This document shows, piece by piece, positions 42,227 through 51,436 of a stretch of 57,730 bases of DNA. The notes under the pieces are model-generated. The model ran no database searches. It was not told the DNA's origin and worked only from the letters and a program-made list of their open reading frames with translations. Position numbers and translations under genes: made by a program. The first letter of the stretch is position 1, and each line of letters starts with the position of its first letter. The stretch is from contig JAIRWH010000074.1 in assembly GCA_031253545.1 (NCBI GenBank), positions 1-57,730 on the forward strand. Reading direction: 5' to 3'. Source of the DNA: Oscillospiraceae bacterium. GTDB lineage: Bacteria; Bacillota; Clostridia; Oscillospirales; UBA929.

Positions 42227-43296
42227 TTATGGCGTTATCCACATGGCGGGGCGAACGCCGGCGCTGCCGCCGCCGTAGCCGCCGCCGCCGTAGAAGAAGC
42301 CGTCGCCGCTGACGTTGCCGTCGTCGTAGACGATGGCGGCGTAGTAGCTGTCGAAGCCGGGGGACCGCAGCCACCAGTAGGAAGTATTCCCATTTGCATT
42401 GTATGCTATTCGGGCTGTAACATTGGACAGATAGAGATTCACCTCGTCTATGCTGAGCAGAAACACTTTGTCGGTCGTGTCGTTGCCACCGGGTGTGCCG
42501 TAATCTGGGTTGTCACCATTCACGACCCTTGTGTCCGCTATCCTTGACCTATCGCCCGCGTCGAAGCCGTTGTAGAAGTCGCCGTTGAGGTATTGCCTGG
42601 TCGTGCTGTTCTCCCAAGTAATCTCTCCCCCCGGTTCGTGGTAAGGCCTGTTTTCAAGAACGCCCATGCTCAGCAGGAGGACGCTGTTGCCCGCCCTGTC
42701 GAGGACTGCCCAGTTGTAGCCTCCGAACTGCATTTGTTCGTAGCCCATTTCGGACAATGCGACTGCGGTTATCGCTTCGTTGCCCTTGAACCCAAAGCCT
42801 TTGAATGTGACCGCGAGGTTTGGTGTGCCGCTAAATGCGTAGCTACCGATTGAGGTCACGCCGTCGGGCAAAGTCACACTCGTGAGTCCTTTGCAATCGA
42901 TGAACACTTCATGGCCGATTGAGGTCACGCCGTCTGGGATATACACATACGCAATCCCTGCGCCCGCGAACGCCCCATTTCCAATCGCCTTTACGGTTTC
43001 GCCCTCTATCTTCTCGGGTATCCGCACCTTGATTGTCGTTCCGATGTACTCGTTAATCACGATCCCGCCGAGCGCGGCGTCGTATCCGTACTTGAAGTCG
43101 CTCGCTTGCGTTTCAGGCAGGTCGTCCGGGGAAGGGCTTCTGCTGCGCGAAGGCGAGGGGGAAGCGTCGGAGCAAGCGGAAAACAGCAAAGCGAACACAA
43201 GCGCGAAGGCGAGGAAAGCGGCGCGGGGCTTTCTCAGCAGGCTATTTTCGCGGGCGCGGTGTGTGTGTGTGTGTGTGTGTGGCGGGTGGCTTTCAT
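42227..43296 (-). CDS. Surface lipoprotein with BspA-type leucine-rich repeats and a DUF6273-like domain. Its 5' end is out of frame at a (GT)11 tract (phase-OFF as sequenced)
   Basis: The lipobox is LLFSAC, followed by the linker SPSPSRSRSPSPDD. The LRR units are VKAIGNGAFAGAG.../VTSIGHEVFIDCKGLTSVTLPDGVTSIGSYAF. The DUF6273-like hallmarks are YNWAVLDR...VFLLSIDEV...YWWLRSPG...GVRPAMWI. The only RBS-preceded start (43296) is separated from the ORF by a frameshift inside the dinucleotide repeat. Confidence 0.75.
43259..43280. repeat. Perfect (GT)11 / (AC)11 dinucleotide microsatellite
   Basis: This is a run of 22 nt, gtgtgtgtgtgtgtgtgtgtgt. It lies between the ATG (43296) and the signal-peptide hydrophobic core of the lipoprotein gene. 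Confidence 0.95.
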
Positions 43297-43344
43297 TTTA
43301 CAAGCACCTCTTTTATTTATTATTGCGGGTATTCCTAAAAGGTG

Positions 43345-43373
43345 AGTATAACCCGGAACGGCGAAAGTCGCAA
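43345..43373 (-). promoter_or_regulatory. Sigma-A type promoter of the lipoprotein gene
   Basis: On the minus strand, TTGCGA (43368-43373), a 17-nt spacer and TATACT (43345-43350). The -35 element abuts the first heptad of array B. Confidence 0.55.
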
Positions 43374-43491
43374 GGTTAGTTGTCAGTGGTTAGTGGTTAG
43401 TGGTTAGGAGACGGGGTGCGCGCCTGCGGCGCGTTAGTGGTTAGTGGTTAGGGGACGGGGGTTAGGGGACTTAGTGGTTAGGGGACGGGGG
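43374..43491 (+). repeat. Heptanucleotide array, copy B (two blocks split by a short GC hairpin)
   Basis: Block 1 (43374-43416) reads GGTTAGT TGTCAGT GGTTAGT GGTTAGT GGTTAGG AGACGGG G. A hairpin, CGCGCC-TGC-GGCGCG, lies at 43419-43433. Block 2 (43434-43491) reads TTAGTGG TTAGTGG TTAGGGG ACGGGGG TTAGGGG AC TTAGTGG TTAGGGG ACGGGGG. Five G4-G5 runs lie between 43451 and 43491. Confidence 0.9.
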
Positions 43492-43527
43492 TGAGTAAGG
43501 TTGCCGTGACCCGTGCCGCTTGCGCGG

Positions 43528-43556
43528 TTGACACGCCCGCCCTTTTGCATTACAAT
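43528..43556 (+). promoter_or_regulatory. Sigma-A type promoter of the GH94 phosphorylase gene
   Basis: TTGACA (43528-43533), a 17-nt spacer and TACAAT (43551-43556). The promoter lies about 60 nt upstream of the ATG at 43616. Confidence 0.65.
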
Positions 43557-43615
43557 GGTTACGGCGCGCGGGCTTTGGCCTGCGCACCCATATCACGCCG
43601 ATGCGGAGGTCGGAC

Positions 43616-46066
43616 ATGGTGGAGGATAATTACGGCTTTTTCGACGACGGGGCGGAGGAATACTGCGTTACGCGCCCGGACACGCCCTACCCTTGGATTA
43701 ACTACCTCGGTTCGCAAGACTTTTTCGGCCTGTTTTCCAACACGGCGGGGGGTTACTGCTTCTATCGCGACGCGCGGCTTTTGCGCCTTACCCGCTACCG
43801 CTACAACAACGTGCCCGCCGACGTGGGCGGGCGTTACTTCTATATTAACGACGGCGGCGACGTATGGAACCCCGGCTGGCAGCCCTGCAAAACGCCGCTT
43901 GACAGCTACGAGTGCCGCCACGGCCTCGGCTACTCCGTCATTCGCGGCTCACGGGGCGGCATTGCGGCGGAGCACACGGCTTTTGTGCCGGTGGACGCGG
44001 CGGCGGAGGTACACCGCCTGCGCCTGACCAACACCACCTCCGCCGAAAAGAGCTTTACCCTCTTTTCTTTCGTGGAGTTCTGCCTGTGGAACGCCATGGA
44101 CGATTCCACCAACTTCCAGCGCAATTATTCCATCGGCGAAGTGGAGGTGCACGGCGGCGTTATATACCACAAAACGGAGTACCGCGAGCGCCGCAACCAT
44201 TACGCCGTGTTTGCCGCCAACCGCCCCGCCGACGGTTTTGACACCGACCGCGAGAGCTTCATGGGTTTATACGGCGGTTTCCACGAACCCGCAGCCGTGT
44301 TGGAGGGCGTTTCGCGCGGCAGCGTCGCCTCCGGCTGGGCACCCATCGGTTCCCACAGCTTCCGCCTCACGCTCGCCCCCGGGCAGACCGAGAGCCTTAT
44401 ATTCGTGCTCGGCTACTGCGAAAACCCCGACGGCGAAAAGTTTGAGTCTCTCGGCGTTATCAACAAAGCCCCCGCCTCCGCCCTGCTCTCGCGCTTTCGC
44501 GCCGACGGGCAGGTTGACGCGGCGCTGCTTGCCCTGAAAGAATACTGGGGGCGCCTGCTCTCGCGTTACAGGCTGACCTCGTGCCTCGGCGACGAACGTC
44601 TGGAGAAGGCCTCGCGCATGGTAAACGTCTGGAACCAGTACCAGTGCATGGTCACGTTTAATATGTCGCGCTCGGCATCGTATTTCGAGTCCGGCATTGG
44701 CAGGGGCATGGGCTTCCGCGACTCTTCGCAGGACCTGCTCGGATTTGTGCATTTGGTGCCGGAACGCGCGCGCGAGCGTATTCTCGACATCGCCGCCACG
44801 CAGTTTCCAGACGGCTCCGCCTACCACCAATATCAACCGCTCACGAAGAAGGGCAATTCCGAGGTGGGTTCCGGGTTCAACGACGACCCGCTCTGGCTCA
44901 TTATCGGCACGGCGGCCTACGTCAAAGAGACGGGCGATTGGGCTGTGCTGCGCGAACAGGTGCCGTTTGACTGTCAAAAAGGCTCGGAAGCGCCGCTCTT
45001 GGAGCACTTGCGCCGCTCGTTCAATTACACCGCCACGCACAAAGGCCCCCACGGCTTGCCGCTCATAGGCCGCGCCGACTGGAACGACTGCCTTAACCTC
45101 AACTGCTTTTCCTCTGTGCCGGGCGAGAGTTTTCAGACTACGGAAAACTTCGAGTCCGGCGTGGCGGAGTCTGTGCTCATAGCGGGCATTTTCCTCTACT
45201 GCGCCCCGGACTACATAGAGATGTGCCGCCGCGAGGGCGACACGGAGAGCGCGGAAAAGGGCGAGGCCGCCGCCGCCGCCATGCGCGAGGCTGTGGACAA
45301 ACACGGCTGGGACGGCAAATGGTTCCTCCGCGCCTACGATGCTCACGGGGAGAAAATCGGCAGCCACAGCTGCGAAGAGGGGCAAATCTTCATTGAGCCG
45401 CAGGGCTTCATGGGCATGGCGGGCGTGGGCATGGACGACGGGCGCGCCATAGCGGCCTTAGACAGCGTGGCAGAGCGCTTGGATACCCCGTTTGGCATTG
45501 TTTTGCAGCAGCCGGCTTATTCCTCCTACCGCCTCAACTTGGGGGAAATATCCAGCTACCCGCCCGGCTACAAGGAAAACGCCGGTATCTTCTGCCACAA
45601 TAACCCGTGGATTTCCATCGCCGAATGTATCGCCGGGCGCGGACAGCGGGCGTTTGAGGTCTACCGCAAGACCTGCCCCGCGTTTCTTGAAGGCGTGGCA
45701 AAACTCCACCGCACGGAGCCTTACGTCTATTCGCAAATGGTGGCCGGGCGGGACGCGGCGCGGCACGGCGAAGCGAAAAACTCCTGGCTCACGGGCACGG
45801 CGGCGTGGACTTTTGTGAATATTTCGCAGTATATCTTGGGCATAAGGGCGGGCTTCGACGGGCTGATAATTGACCCGTGCCTGCCGCCCGACGTGAAGGG
45901 CTTCACGGTGGAGCGCTATTTCAGGGGCACGCGCTATGTTATAACCGTGGACAACGGCGCGGGCAAAGAAAAAGGCGTGGTGTCCATTACGCTCAACGGC
46001 GAAAAGGTGAGCGGGCAGCTGCTTGCCTCCGGCACCGCGGCCGAGGTGCGCGTTGTGATGGGCTGA
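43616..46066 (+). CDS. GH94-family cellobiose/cellodextrin (or chitobiose) phosphorylase
   Basis: The N-terminus [65 protein letters not shown] matches the cellobiose phosphorylase N-terminus. The length of about 816 aa fits. The ATG at 43616 lies 7 nt after GGAGGT, and the track start at 43601 is also possible. Confidence 0.85.
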   Translation: MVEDNYGFFDDGAEEYCVTRPDTPYPWINYLGSQDFFGLFSNTAGGYCFYRDARLLRLTRYRYNNVPADVGGRYFYINDGGDVWNPGWQPCKTPLDSYECRHGLGYSVIRGSRGGIAAEHTAFVPVDAAAEVHRLRLTNTTSAEKSFTLFSFVEFCLWNAMDDSTNFQRNYSIGEVEVHGGVIYHKTEYRERRNHYAVFAANRPADGFDTDRESFMGLYGGFHEPAAVLEGVSRGSVASGWAPIGSHSFRLTLAPGQTESLIFVLGYCENPDGEKFESLGVINKAPASALLSRFRADGQVDAALLALKEYWGRLLSRYRLTSCLGDERLEKASRMVNVWNQYQCMVTFNMSRSASYFESGIGRGMGFRDSSQDLLGFVHLVPERARERILDIAATQFPDGSAYHQYQPLTKKGNSEVGSGFNDDPLWLIIGTAAYVKETGDWAVLREQVPFDCQKGSEAPLLEHLRRSFNYTATHKGPHGLPLIGRADWNDCLNLNCFSSVPGESFQTTENFESGVAESVLIAGIFLYCAPDYIEMCRREGDTESAEKGEAAAAAMREAVDKHGWDGKWFLRAYDAHGEKIGSHSCEEGQIFIEPQGFMGMAGVGMDDGRAIAALDSVAERLDTPFGIVLQQPAYSSYRLNLGEISSYPPGYKENAGIFCHNNPWISIAECIAGRGQRAFEVYRKTCPAFLEGVAKLHRTEPYVYSQMVAGRDAARHGEAKNSWLTGTAAWTFVNISQYILGIRAGFDGLIIDPCLPPDVKGFTVERYFRGTRYVITVDNGAGKEKGVVSITLNGEKVSGQLLASGTAAEVRVVMG

Positions 46067-46306
46067 CAGCGTCCGCTCACAAGCCCATAGATTGAAATAC
46101 CGCGATTTGCTTGTCAGGTAGATAATGCCCTCTCGCTCACACCGATACGCTCCGTAGGCCATAACGTCCGAAACACCGCCGCCCCTAACCGCCTTTTCGT
46201 ATAAGGCAAAAGTTGCGAAGCCGGAAAGTGGCTAATTTCAAGTGTTTCGGGCAAAACAAAACCACCTACGGACAAAATTTCTTTTATCAACAGATGGCAG
46301 ATGTTT

Positions 46307-46382
46307 TGGCTGAGCCGGGAGGACTCGAACCTCCGCATACCGGAGTCAAAGTCCGGTGCCTTACCTGCTTGGCTACGGCTCA
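46307..46382 (-). tRNA. tRNA-Gln (anticodon UUG), CCA encoded
   Basis: The minus strand reads TGAGCCG TA GCCAAGCAGGTAAGGC A CCGGA CTTTGAC TCCGG TATGC GGAGG TTCGAGT CCTCC CGGCTCA G CCA. The 7-bp acceptor, 5-bp anticodon and 5-bp T stems all pair. The anticodon loop is CU-UUG-AC. Confidence 0.9.
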
Positions 46383-46519
46383 CTATACGGTAAATTGCCG
46401 CCTCGCACGGCGACAGCCCGACCGCCGCGCGAGGCGGACAAACGAACTCAAAGCGCCGACTTTCGGTTTTTACAATCCGGCGCTCGAAGCAACTGAGTTA
46501 TACCCGCCGCGCCGAGAGT

Positions 46520-46548
46520 ATCTTAGCACACTCCCGTAGCCCTGTCAA
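46520..46548 (-). promoter_or_regulatory. Sigma-A type promoter driving the tRNA-Gln transcript
   Basis: On the minus strand, TTGACA (46543-46548), a 17-nt spacer and TAAGAT (46520-46525). This implies a leader of about 130 nt before the mature tRNA. Confidence 0.55.
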
Positions 46549-46632
46549 GCATTTTACCCGGCAGGGCGGCGCGCGTCCGCGCCGCGCTTCGGTCACCCGG
46601 AAAACCGGACGGCACGCGTTGTTTAACGCTTC

Positions 46633-47970
46633 CTACTGCCGGCCGGCAGAACGGCGGGTTGCCGCGAACGCCAGCAGCGCCTCTCTTTCGTTGGGTAGCT
46701 CGCCGTCCATCACCTTTTGCAGCAGTTCGGTAAGTATCTCCCCCATCCGCTTGCCGGGTTGTATGCCGATACCTTCCAAGTCGCGCCCGTTTACCGCGAG
46801 GCTTTTGAGGGAAAAACACTGCCCTTCGGCGAGCGCATTGTCAATCGCTTGCGCGAGCGCGTCAACCTGCGGCAATTCCTCGCGCGCCAAGGCCGACTGC
46901 GCCATCCTGTCCGCCCGCCGCACGGCCGTAAGCTGCCTCATGCGCCGCGCGCCGAGCTTGTTCAGCCAGCGCCTCACCGAAGCGGCATCGGCGTTGATTT
47001 TCGCGTCGTGGTGTAAAATAAGCTCGCATATCGCCTTTATCGCGGCGTTATCATATTTCAGGCCGCGCAATATATCCCTTGCCATATCCGCGCCCACCGC
47101 GCCGTGGCCGTGAAAATGACCCCTGCCGTTCTCGTCCGCCGTATAGCAGGCGGGTTTGCCTATATCGTGCAAGAGCATTGTCAGCCGCACCGTCAAGTCT
47201 TTCGGGGCGGCATCCGCGGAAACAAGCAAATGCGTGTACACGTCGTATATATGGTACGGGTTGCGCTGCTCGAAGCCGTCCGCAGGCGATAGGGGCGGTA
47301 TTATCTCAAACATAATCCGCTTATGGCGCGTGAGCAGCTCCGTCAGACCTTCTCCCATCACCAACCCGTTTAGCTCGGTCGACACGCGTTCGCGGGCGAT
47401 ATTGCCCGCCAAACCGCAGCAGCGTTCCATGGCGAGGGCGGTGTCGGGGGCTATGGCAAAACCGAGCGTGGCGGCAAAGCGCAACGCCCGCAATATGCGC
47501 AGCGAGTCTTCGCGGAACCTGCAGTCGGGGTCGCCCACACAGCGCAGCAATTTGCGCTTTATGTCGCCCGCGCCGCCGAATGGGTCTGTGAAACCGCTCG
47601 ACGGGTTGTATGCGATGGCGTTGCAAGTGAAATCGCGCCTTGCCAGGTCCTCGCGCAGGGAGCAACCAAACGCCACGGAGTCCGGCCTTCTGCCGTCGCC
47701 GTAAGCGCCGTCTATTCTGAAAGCCGTCACCTCATATGGCTGCGCGCCGAGCATAACCGTGACCGAGCCGTGCTTTGCTCCCGTGTTTATGACCTTTTCG
47801 CCCGCAAATACGGCCGCCACGCGCGAGGGCGGCGCGTTTGTGCATATATCCCAATCCTTGGGCGTTTGCCCCAGCAAACTGTCTCTGACGCAGCCGCCCA
47901 CCGCGTAAGCCTCGTGGCCGGCCGCCTCAAGGGCGGCGATTACCCTGCGGGCACCGTCGGAAATAAGCAC
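46633..47970 (-). CDS. cca: CCA-adding tRNA nucleotidyltransferase (PolyA_pol head plus HD domain)
   Basis: The head domain is AYAVGGCVRDSLLGQTPKDWDICT...TFRIDG...RRDFTCNA. The HD region is MLLHDIGKP. The gene uses a GTG start. Confidence 0.85.
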   Translation of the reverse strand: MLISDGARRVIAALEAAGHEAYAVGGCVRDSLLGQTPKDWDICTNAPPSRVAAVFAGEKVINTGAKHGSVTVMLGAQPYEVTAFRIDGAYGDGRRPDSVAFGCSLREDLARRDFTCNAIAYNPSSGFTDPFGGAGDIKRKLLRCVGDPDCRFREDSLRILRALRFAATLGFAIAPDTALAMERCCGLAGNIARERVSTELNGLVMGEGLTELLTRHKRIMFEIIPPLSPADGFEQRNPYHIYDVYTHLLVSADAAPKDLTVRLTMLLHDIGKPACYTADENGRGHFHGHGAVGADMARDILRGLKYDNAAIKAICELILHHDAKINADAASVRRWLNKLGARRMRQLTAVRRADRMAQSALAREELPQVDALAQAIDNALAEGQCFSLKSLAVNGRDLEGIGIQPGKRMGEILTELLQKVMDGELPNEREALLAFAATRRSAGRQ

Positions 47971-48001
47971 CCGCCGTCACCGCCTTGCGGGCGGGACCGC
48001 G

Positions 48002-48559
48002 CTAACCATGCAACGTGAAGTCATTAAAGCGCAGCCAGAGGGAAATGTCGTTGACATACACCTCATATTCCTTGTTTAGCATGGAATGGAACCTTTCCAC
48101 CCTCAACCCCCCTTGCTCCGGCCTGTGGCCCTCGCCCTCGATGGTGACGGTGAGTTTGGAATGGAGCGGGCGCGTGGTCATTACAATCTCGCCTTGCGCG
48201 TTGGTGGTATAGACCAGCGAAGGCTCAATCAGGATGTCGGTGATAACGCCAAGTACCACGCCGGTGTTTTTGTCCACCATTTCATCGCCCGCGGCAATCT
48301 TACCCTCAAAGCGTTCGGTCATCAGTTCGTTTGTGGCGAACACCGCCGTGAAGCGCACGTCTTCCGGCGAGGGCGAGGGCTCTTCCGAAAGCGAGGGTTC
48401 CTCGGAGGGCGACCCTTCCGGCGGCGGCGGGGATTTCATCGCGTAGCGCATGACGAAGAAGCCCGCGGCCAAGACGACCAACACGATGATGACGATGTCC
48501 GCGATGTTCAGGCGCTTTTTGCGGAGCGGCGGCTGCTGCGAGGCGGGTGGTTGTTCCAT
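48002..48559 (-). CDS. DUF4330-like single-pass membrane protein
   Basis: A GGGAGG RBS is present. The sequence KKRLNIADIVIIVLVVLAAGFFV is followed by a beta-rich domain of about 120 aa. The family assignment is from memory. Confidence 0.5.
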   Translation of the reverse strand: MEQPPASQQPPLRKKRLNIADIVIIVLVVLAAGFFVMRYAMKSPPPPEGSPSEEPSLSEEPSPSPEDVRFTAVFATNELMTERFEGKIAAGDEMVDKNTGVVLGVITDILIEPSLVYTTNAQGEIVMTTRPLHSKLTVTIEGEGHRPEQGGLRVERFHSMLNKEYEVYVNDISLWLRFNDFTLHG

Positions 48560-48586
48560 AGGTGTTTCCTCCCGTGTCTTTTGTTG

Positions 48587-49597
48587 TTACGGCGGTTGTT
48601 CGCCCGTTTCGAAGGCGGATACATTCGGCAGTATTTTCTCAAACGCGGAGCCGACCACCGCGCGCGCGCGCGCAAAGTCCGCTTCGGGCACACCGTCGTT
48701 GACGCACACCGTCAAATACTTTTGCCGCGCGATACCCCGCGCGGCGGCTTCGGCATCTTGCGGCGAGCTTATCCAGTACGCCTTGCCGCGCCTGTAACGC
48801 GCGGGGCAAAACGCGCCCTTGCAGAGCTGATTATAGCGCACGAGCCAGATGCTCACGTCGCCCTCGCCGCGAAACTTATTTTGGCAGGTTTTGCGGATAA
48901 TGTCGCCGTTTTCGCTCCAAGCCTCGGCAAACGCGCTCTTGAGGTACGGCAACGGTTGGTGGGTGTCTATGAACCCCGTGAAGTCTTGCCAGGGCAGCAG
49001 GGCGAACGTGCGGTAGAGCTGCGCGCCGTAGCGCAACCTAAACCATTTGCCCCTGTGGGCTTTGAGCGTTTCGCGCTTTGAGTGGCGGGCGTTTACGGCC
49101 CTGATGTTGTTTGCCGCAATGAACGAAAAGCCGTCTTTCGGCGCCACGGCGTTTAGTATGGCCACATCGCGCGGCAGGCCATTTACGAAGAAGTCGGAGG
49201 GCTTGGCGCGGCGAGTGAGGAACATATCGTCGTTGAAGTAGACAAACTGCTCGGCAAGGCCGGGCAGGCGGTGTAAATGCCATTCTATGGGGTGGGAACT
49301 GAATGTGGGGAGGTATTCGCCCGGCATAAAGTCCGAGTGCCGCGCTACGCGCAGGCGCGGGTGGGAAAGGTTTAGCCGGGGCGGCAAGTGCCCGTGCGTG
49401 ACCAAATACACGTTTCGCGCCCAAGGCGCGAAAGATTCTATGCCCCGGAAGAGGTAGCGCAGCAACCCCCAGTCGCGGTAACGGAGCGGCCTGTCGTCGG
49501 CGTCTGCGGCAAGGGGGGCGTACCGCGCCTTTTCGGCGAGCCACGCCTTGTCGCCGCCGTCTACCCATGTGATGACGATGTCTATATCGCCGCTCAT
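48587..49597 (-). CDS. Stealth-family (CR1-CR4) hexose-1-phosphoryltransferase-like protein
   Basis: CR1 is DIDIVITWVDGGDKAW. CR2 is LRYRDWGLLRYLFRGIESFAPWARNVYLVTHGHLPPRLN...LPTFSSHPIEWHLHRLPGLAEQFVYFNDDMFL. Confidence 0.75.
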   Translation of the reverse strand: MSGDIDIVITWVDGGDKAWLAEKARYAPLAADADDRPLRYRDWGLLRYLFRGIESFAPWARNVYLVTHGHLPPRLNLSHPRLRVARHSDFMPGEYLPTFSSHPIEWHLHRLPGLAEQFVYFNDDMFLTRRAKPSDFFVNGLPRDVAILNAVAPKDGFSFIAANNIRAVNARHSKRETLKAHRGKWFRLRYGAQLYRTFALLPWQDFTGFIDTHQPLPYLKSAFAEAWSENGDIIRKTCQNKFRGEGDVSIWLVRYNQLCKGAFCPARYRRGKAYWISSPQDAEAAARGIARQKYLTVCVNDGVPEADFARARAVVGSAFEKILPNVSAFETGEQPP

Positions 49598-50988
49598 GCG
49601 CTATTTGCCGCCTGAGCCTCATCCGGCCTCAGCGCCCGTAATGTGACACCCGTCACGAGCCAAAACAGCAGCATGGTGCGCGGGTAAAACCAGATGTAGT
49701 CGAAGAACCCGAAAAACAGCGAGGAAACTATGCAGGCAAAGCCCGCCGTGAGCATATAGTCGCGCCGTCGGCGCAATGTATCCGCGCAGCGCCGCAGGAG
49801 CGCGGCGGCGGCACCGCAGAAAGAGGCCACGCCCGCGATGCCCGTTTCGAGCCAAACTTGAAGGTATATGTTGTGCGTGTGCGGCGGCACGCCCCACTCG
49901 AAAGAGGTAAACTCCGGCAGGGTGGCGTAGTATCGCATTATGGCGTAGCGCAGCGATTCCGTGCCGAGACCCGTGCCGAAGAGCCAGTGTTTTTCCAAGA
50001 CGGGGAAGACAAGGTTGTAAATGTAGGCGCGGTGAGACGCGGAGGAGTCGCTTGAAGTGAATATGCCGAACAGGCTGAACAGGCGCGTGTGTATGCTTGA
50101 CGGCAGCAGCGGAAGGGTTATGAGCGCGGCGGCGAACAAATACGGTATGACCCTGCGGTGCGTGAAAAACAAAAATACCAACACGCCCACGGCAAAAGAC
50201 GCCCAGCCGGCGCGCGAAAAAGTGAGCAGCAGGGCGAGCGCCGGAGGCAGGAAGCAGAGCGCCGCCGCGCGCCGCGCAAGCCCGCTCTTGCTCTCGAAGA
50301 ACACGGCGGCGTACAGGGGCAGCACCATAACGAGCATCATGGCGTAGTTGTTGGGGTTGGTGAAAAACGAATACACGCGCCCGGGCATATCGGGGTTTTG
50401 CGAAAGGTCCGTCTGCCGCGAACTCACGTCTAAACCCACATAGGCCTGATAGCAGGCATACAGCCCCGACACGGTGACGGCGGCGAGCAGTATTACCACA
50501 AAGAGCCGCAAATCGCGCCGTGAGCGCAACACGAAATACGCCAAGGCGCAAGCCATGAACGCCGTGAGTAAAAACAGCAGCGAGCGGAAGCTGACAAGCG
50601 GAAGCGGCGAAGCGACCACGGAGAACAACACGACCGCTAAGAAGAGCAGCGCGTATATGCCGCTCCCGCCGATAGCGGAAAAGCGCGGCTTATTGATGCC
50701 GCGACTGTTTGCGGCAGGGGTAAAATAACCGCCGAGCAAGGCGAGCGCCGTGAGCGCGGTCATGGCGTATAGGCTGTAAAGGTTGTCGAACACCGGGCCG
50801 GGTATGACAAACAACGCGGCCGTGACAAGGGAAAAAACCGCGGGCAGACGCGCGCAGGCAAAGCCCAACACAAAGCTGCCGCGCAACAAACCAAAGAGCG
50901 CGCTCTGCCGCGCCTGCGCGAGGGAAAGCCGCAAAAACCGCGCGAGAGAGCGCAATATAACGCTGCCGCGCAGCGCGCGAGTTATCAA
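49594..50988 (-). CDS. O-antigen ligase / Wzy-like polytopic membrane protein
   Basis: The protein has about 12 TM helices with a central loop (SFFTNPNNYAMMLVMVLPL...FSRAGWASFAVGVLVFLF). The gene uses a TTG start 7 nt after GGGAGGTGG. It ATGA-overlaps the Stealth gene. Confidence 0.65.
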   Translation of the reverse strand: MITRALRGSVILRSLARFLRLSLAQARQSALFGLLRGSFVLGFACARLPAVFSLVTAALFVIPGPVFDNLYSLYAMTALTALALLGGYFTPAANSRGINKPRFSAIGGSGIYALLFLAVVLFSVVASPLPLVSFRSLLFLLTAFMACALAYFVLRSRRDLRLFVVILLAAVTVSGLYACYQAYVGLDVSSRQTDLSQNPDMPGRVYSFFTNPNNYAMMLVMVLPLYAAVFFESKSGLARRAAALCFLPPALALLLTFSRAGWASFAVGVLVFLFFTHRRVIPYLFAAALITLPLLPSSIHTRLFSLFGIFTSSDSSASHRAYIYNLVFPVLEKHWLFGTGLGTESLRYAIMRYYATLPEFTSFEWGVPPHTHNIYLQVWLETGIAGVASFCGAAAALLRRCADTLRRRRDYMLTAGFACIVSSLFFGFFDYIWFYPRTMLLFWLVTGVTLRALRPDEAQAANSA

Positions 50989-51362
50989 AGCAAAGCCACC
51001 TCCCGGAATGGAAAGCAGTGTAGTTTCCGCACCGCCGCGCTTCCGCCGTCAAGCCCCGCGTTCTACGCGCGCCGCCACATTAAGTTGCGCGCAAGATTTC
51101 CGTTTTTATTTCGCCCGCAGGGGCTTCCGCTTCAAGGGAGAGAACGCCGCGCGTATTCGGCGCGCACACCGCACCCGCATTATACCGCGCGGCGCGTACC
51201 CGTGTCAAGCTACCCGAGGGGCGGGTTCGCGTTGCCCTGCGGCAAATTGCAGATTGGCCGTTCCGATGGACTTTCCCCTTCGGCGGAGGCAAGGCAGAAA
51301 ACTCCGCTTGCAGTTACCGAAGCGGCGTACCGTAAGTAGCGCCGCCCGCGCTCCTTTGGCGG

Positions 51363-51391
51363 TTGACAGAACCTCGCGTGTTGCTTATAAT
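51363..51391 (+). promoter_or_regulatory. Consensus sigma-A promoter of the radical SAM gene
   Basis: TTGACA (51363-51368), a 17-nt spacer and TATAAT (51386-51391). Confidence 0.7.
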
Positions 51392-51436
51392 AACAGCGGC
51401 GGGTTCCTCAAACTGAAACAACGGGGTGACCGGACA

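Noticed and set aside
43374-43491. The heptad arrays considered as a CRISPR array or as a true telomere repeat.
   Set aside because: The units are 7 nt, directly tandem and without spacers, and no cas genes are present. The TTAGGG-like resemblance is to degenerate internal units in a chromosomal intergenic region, not to a replicon end.
46395-46510. Calling a second functional tRNA gene upstream of tRNA-Gln.
   Set aside because: Only the acceptor-like and D-arm-like pairings survive. The anticodon stem (CCGGA with AACCG) and the T stem cannot pair, and the spacing after the acceptor is non-canonical. At best this is a relic, and it is reported as a low-interest finding instead.
50783-51436. 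A 218-codon N-terminal extension of the radical SAM ORF in the six-frame track.
   Set aside because: The extension overlaps the O-antigen-ligase-like gene on the other strand and reads as Arg/Pro-rich nonsense. A consensus TTGACA-17-TATAAT promoter (51363-51391) lies inside it. The real start is the TTG at 51437.
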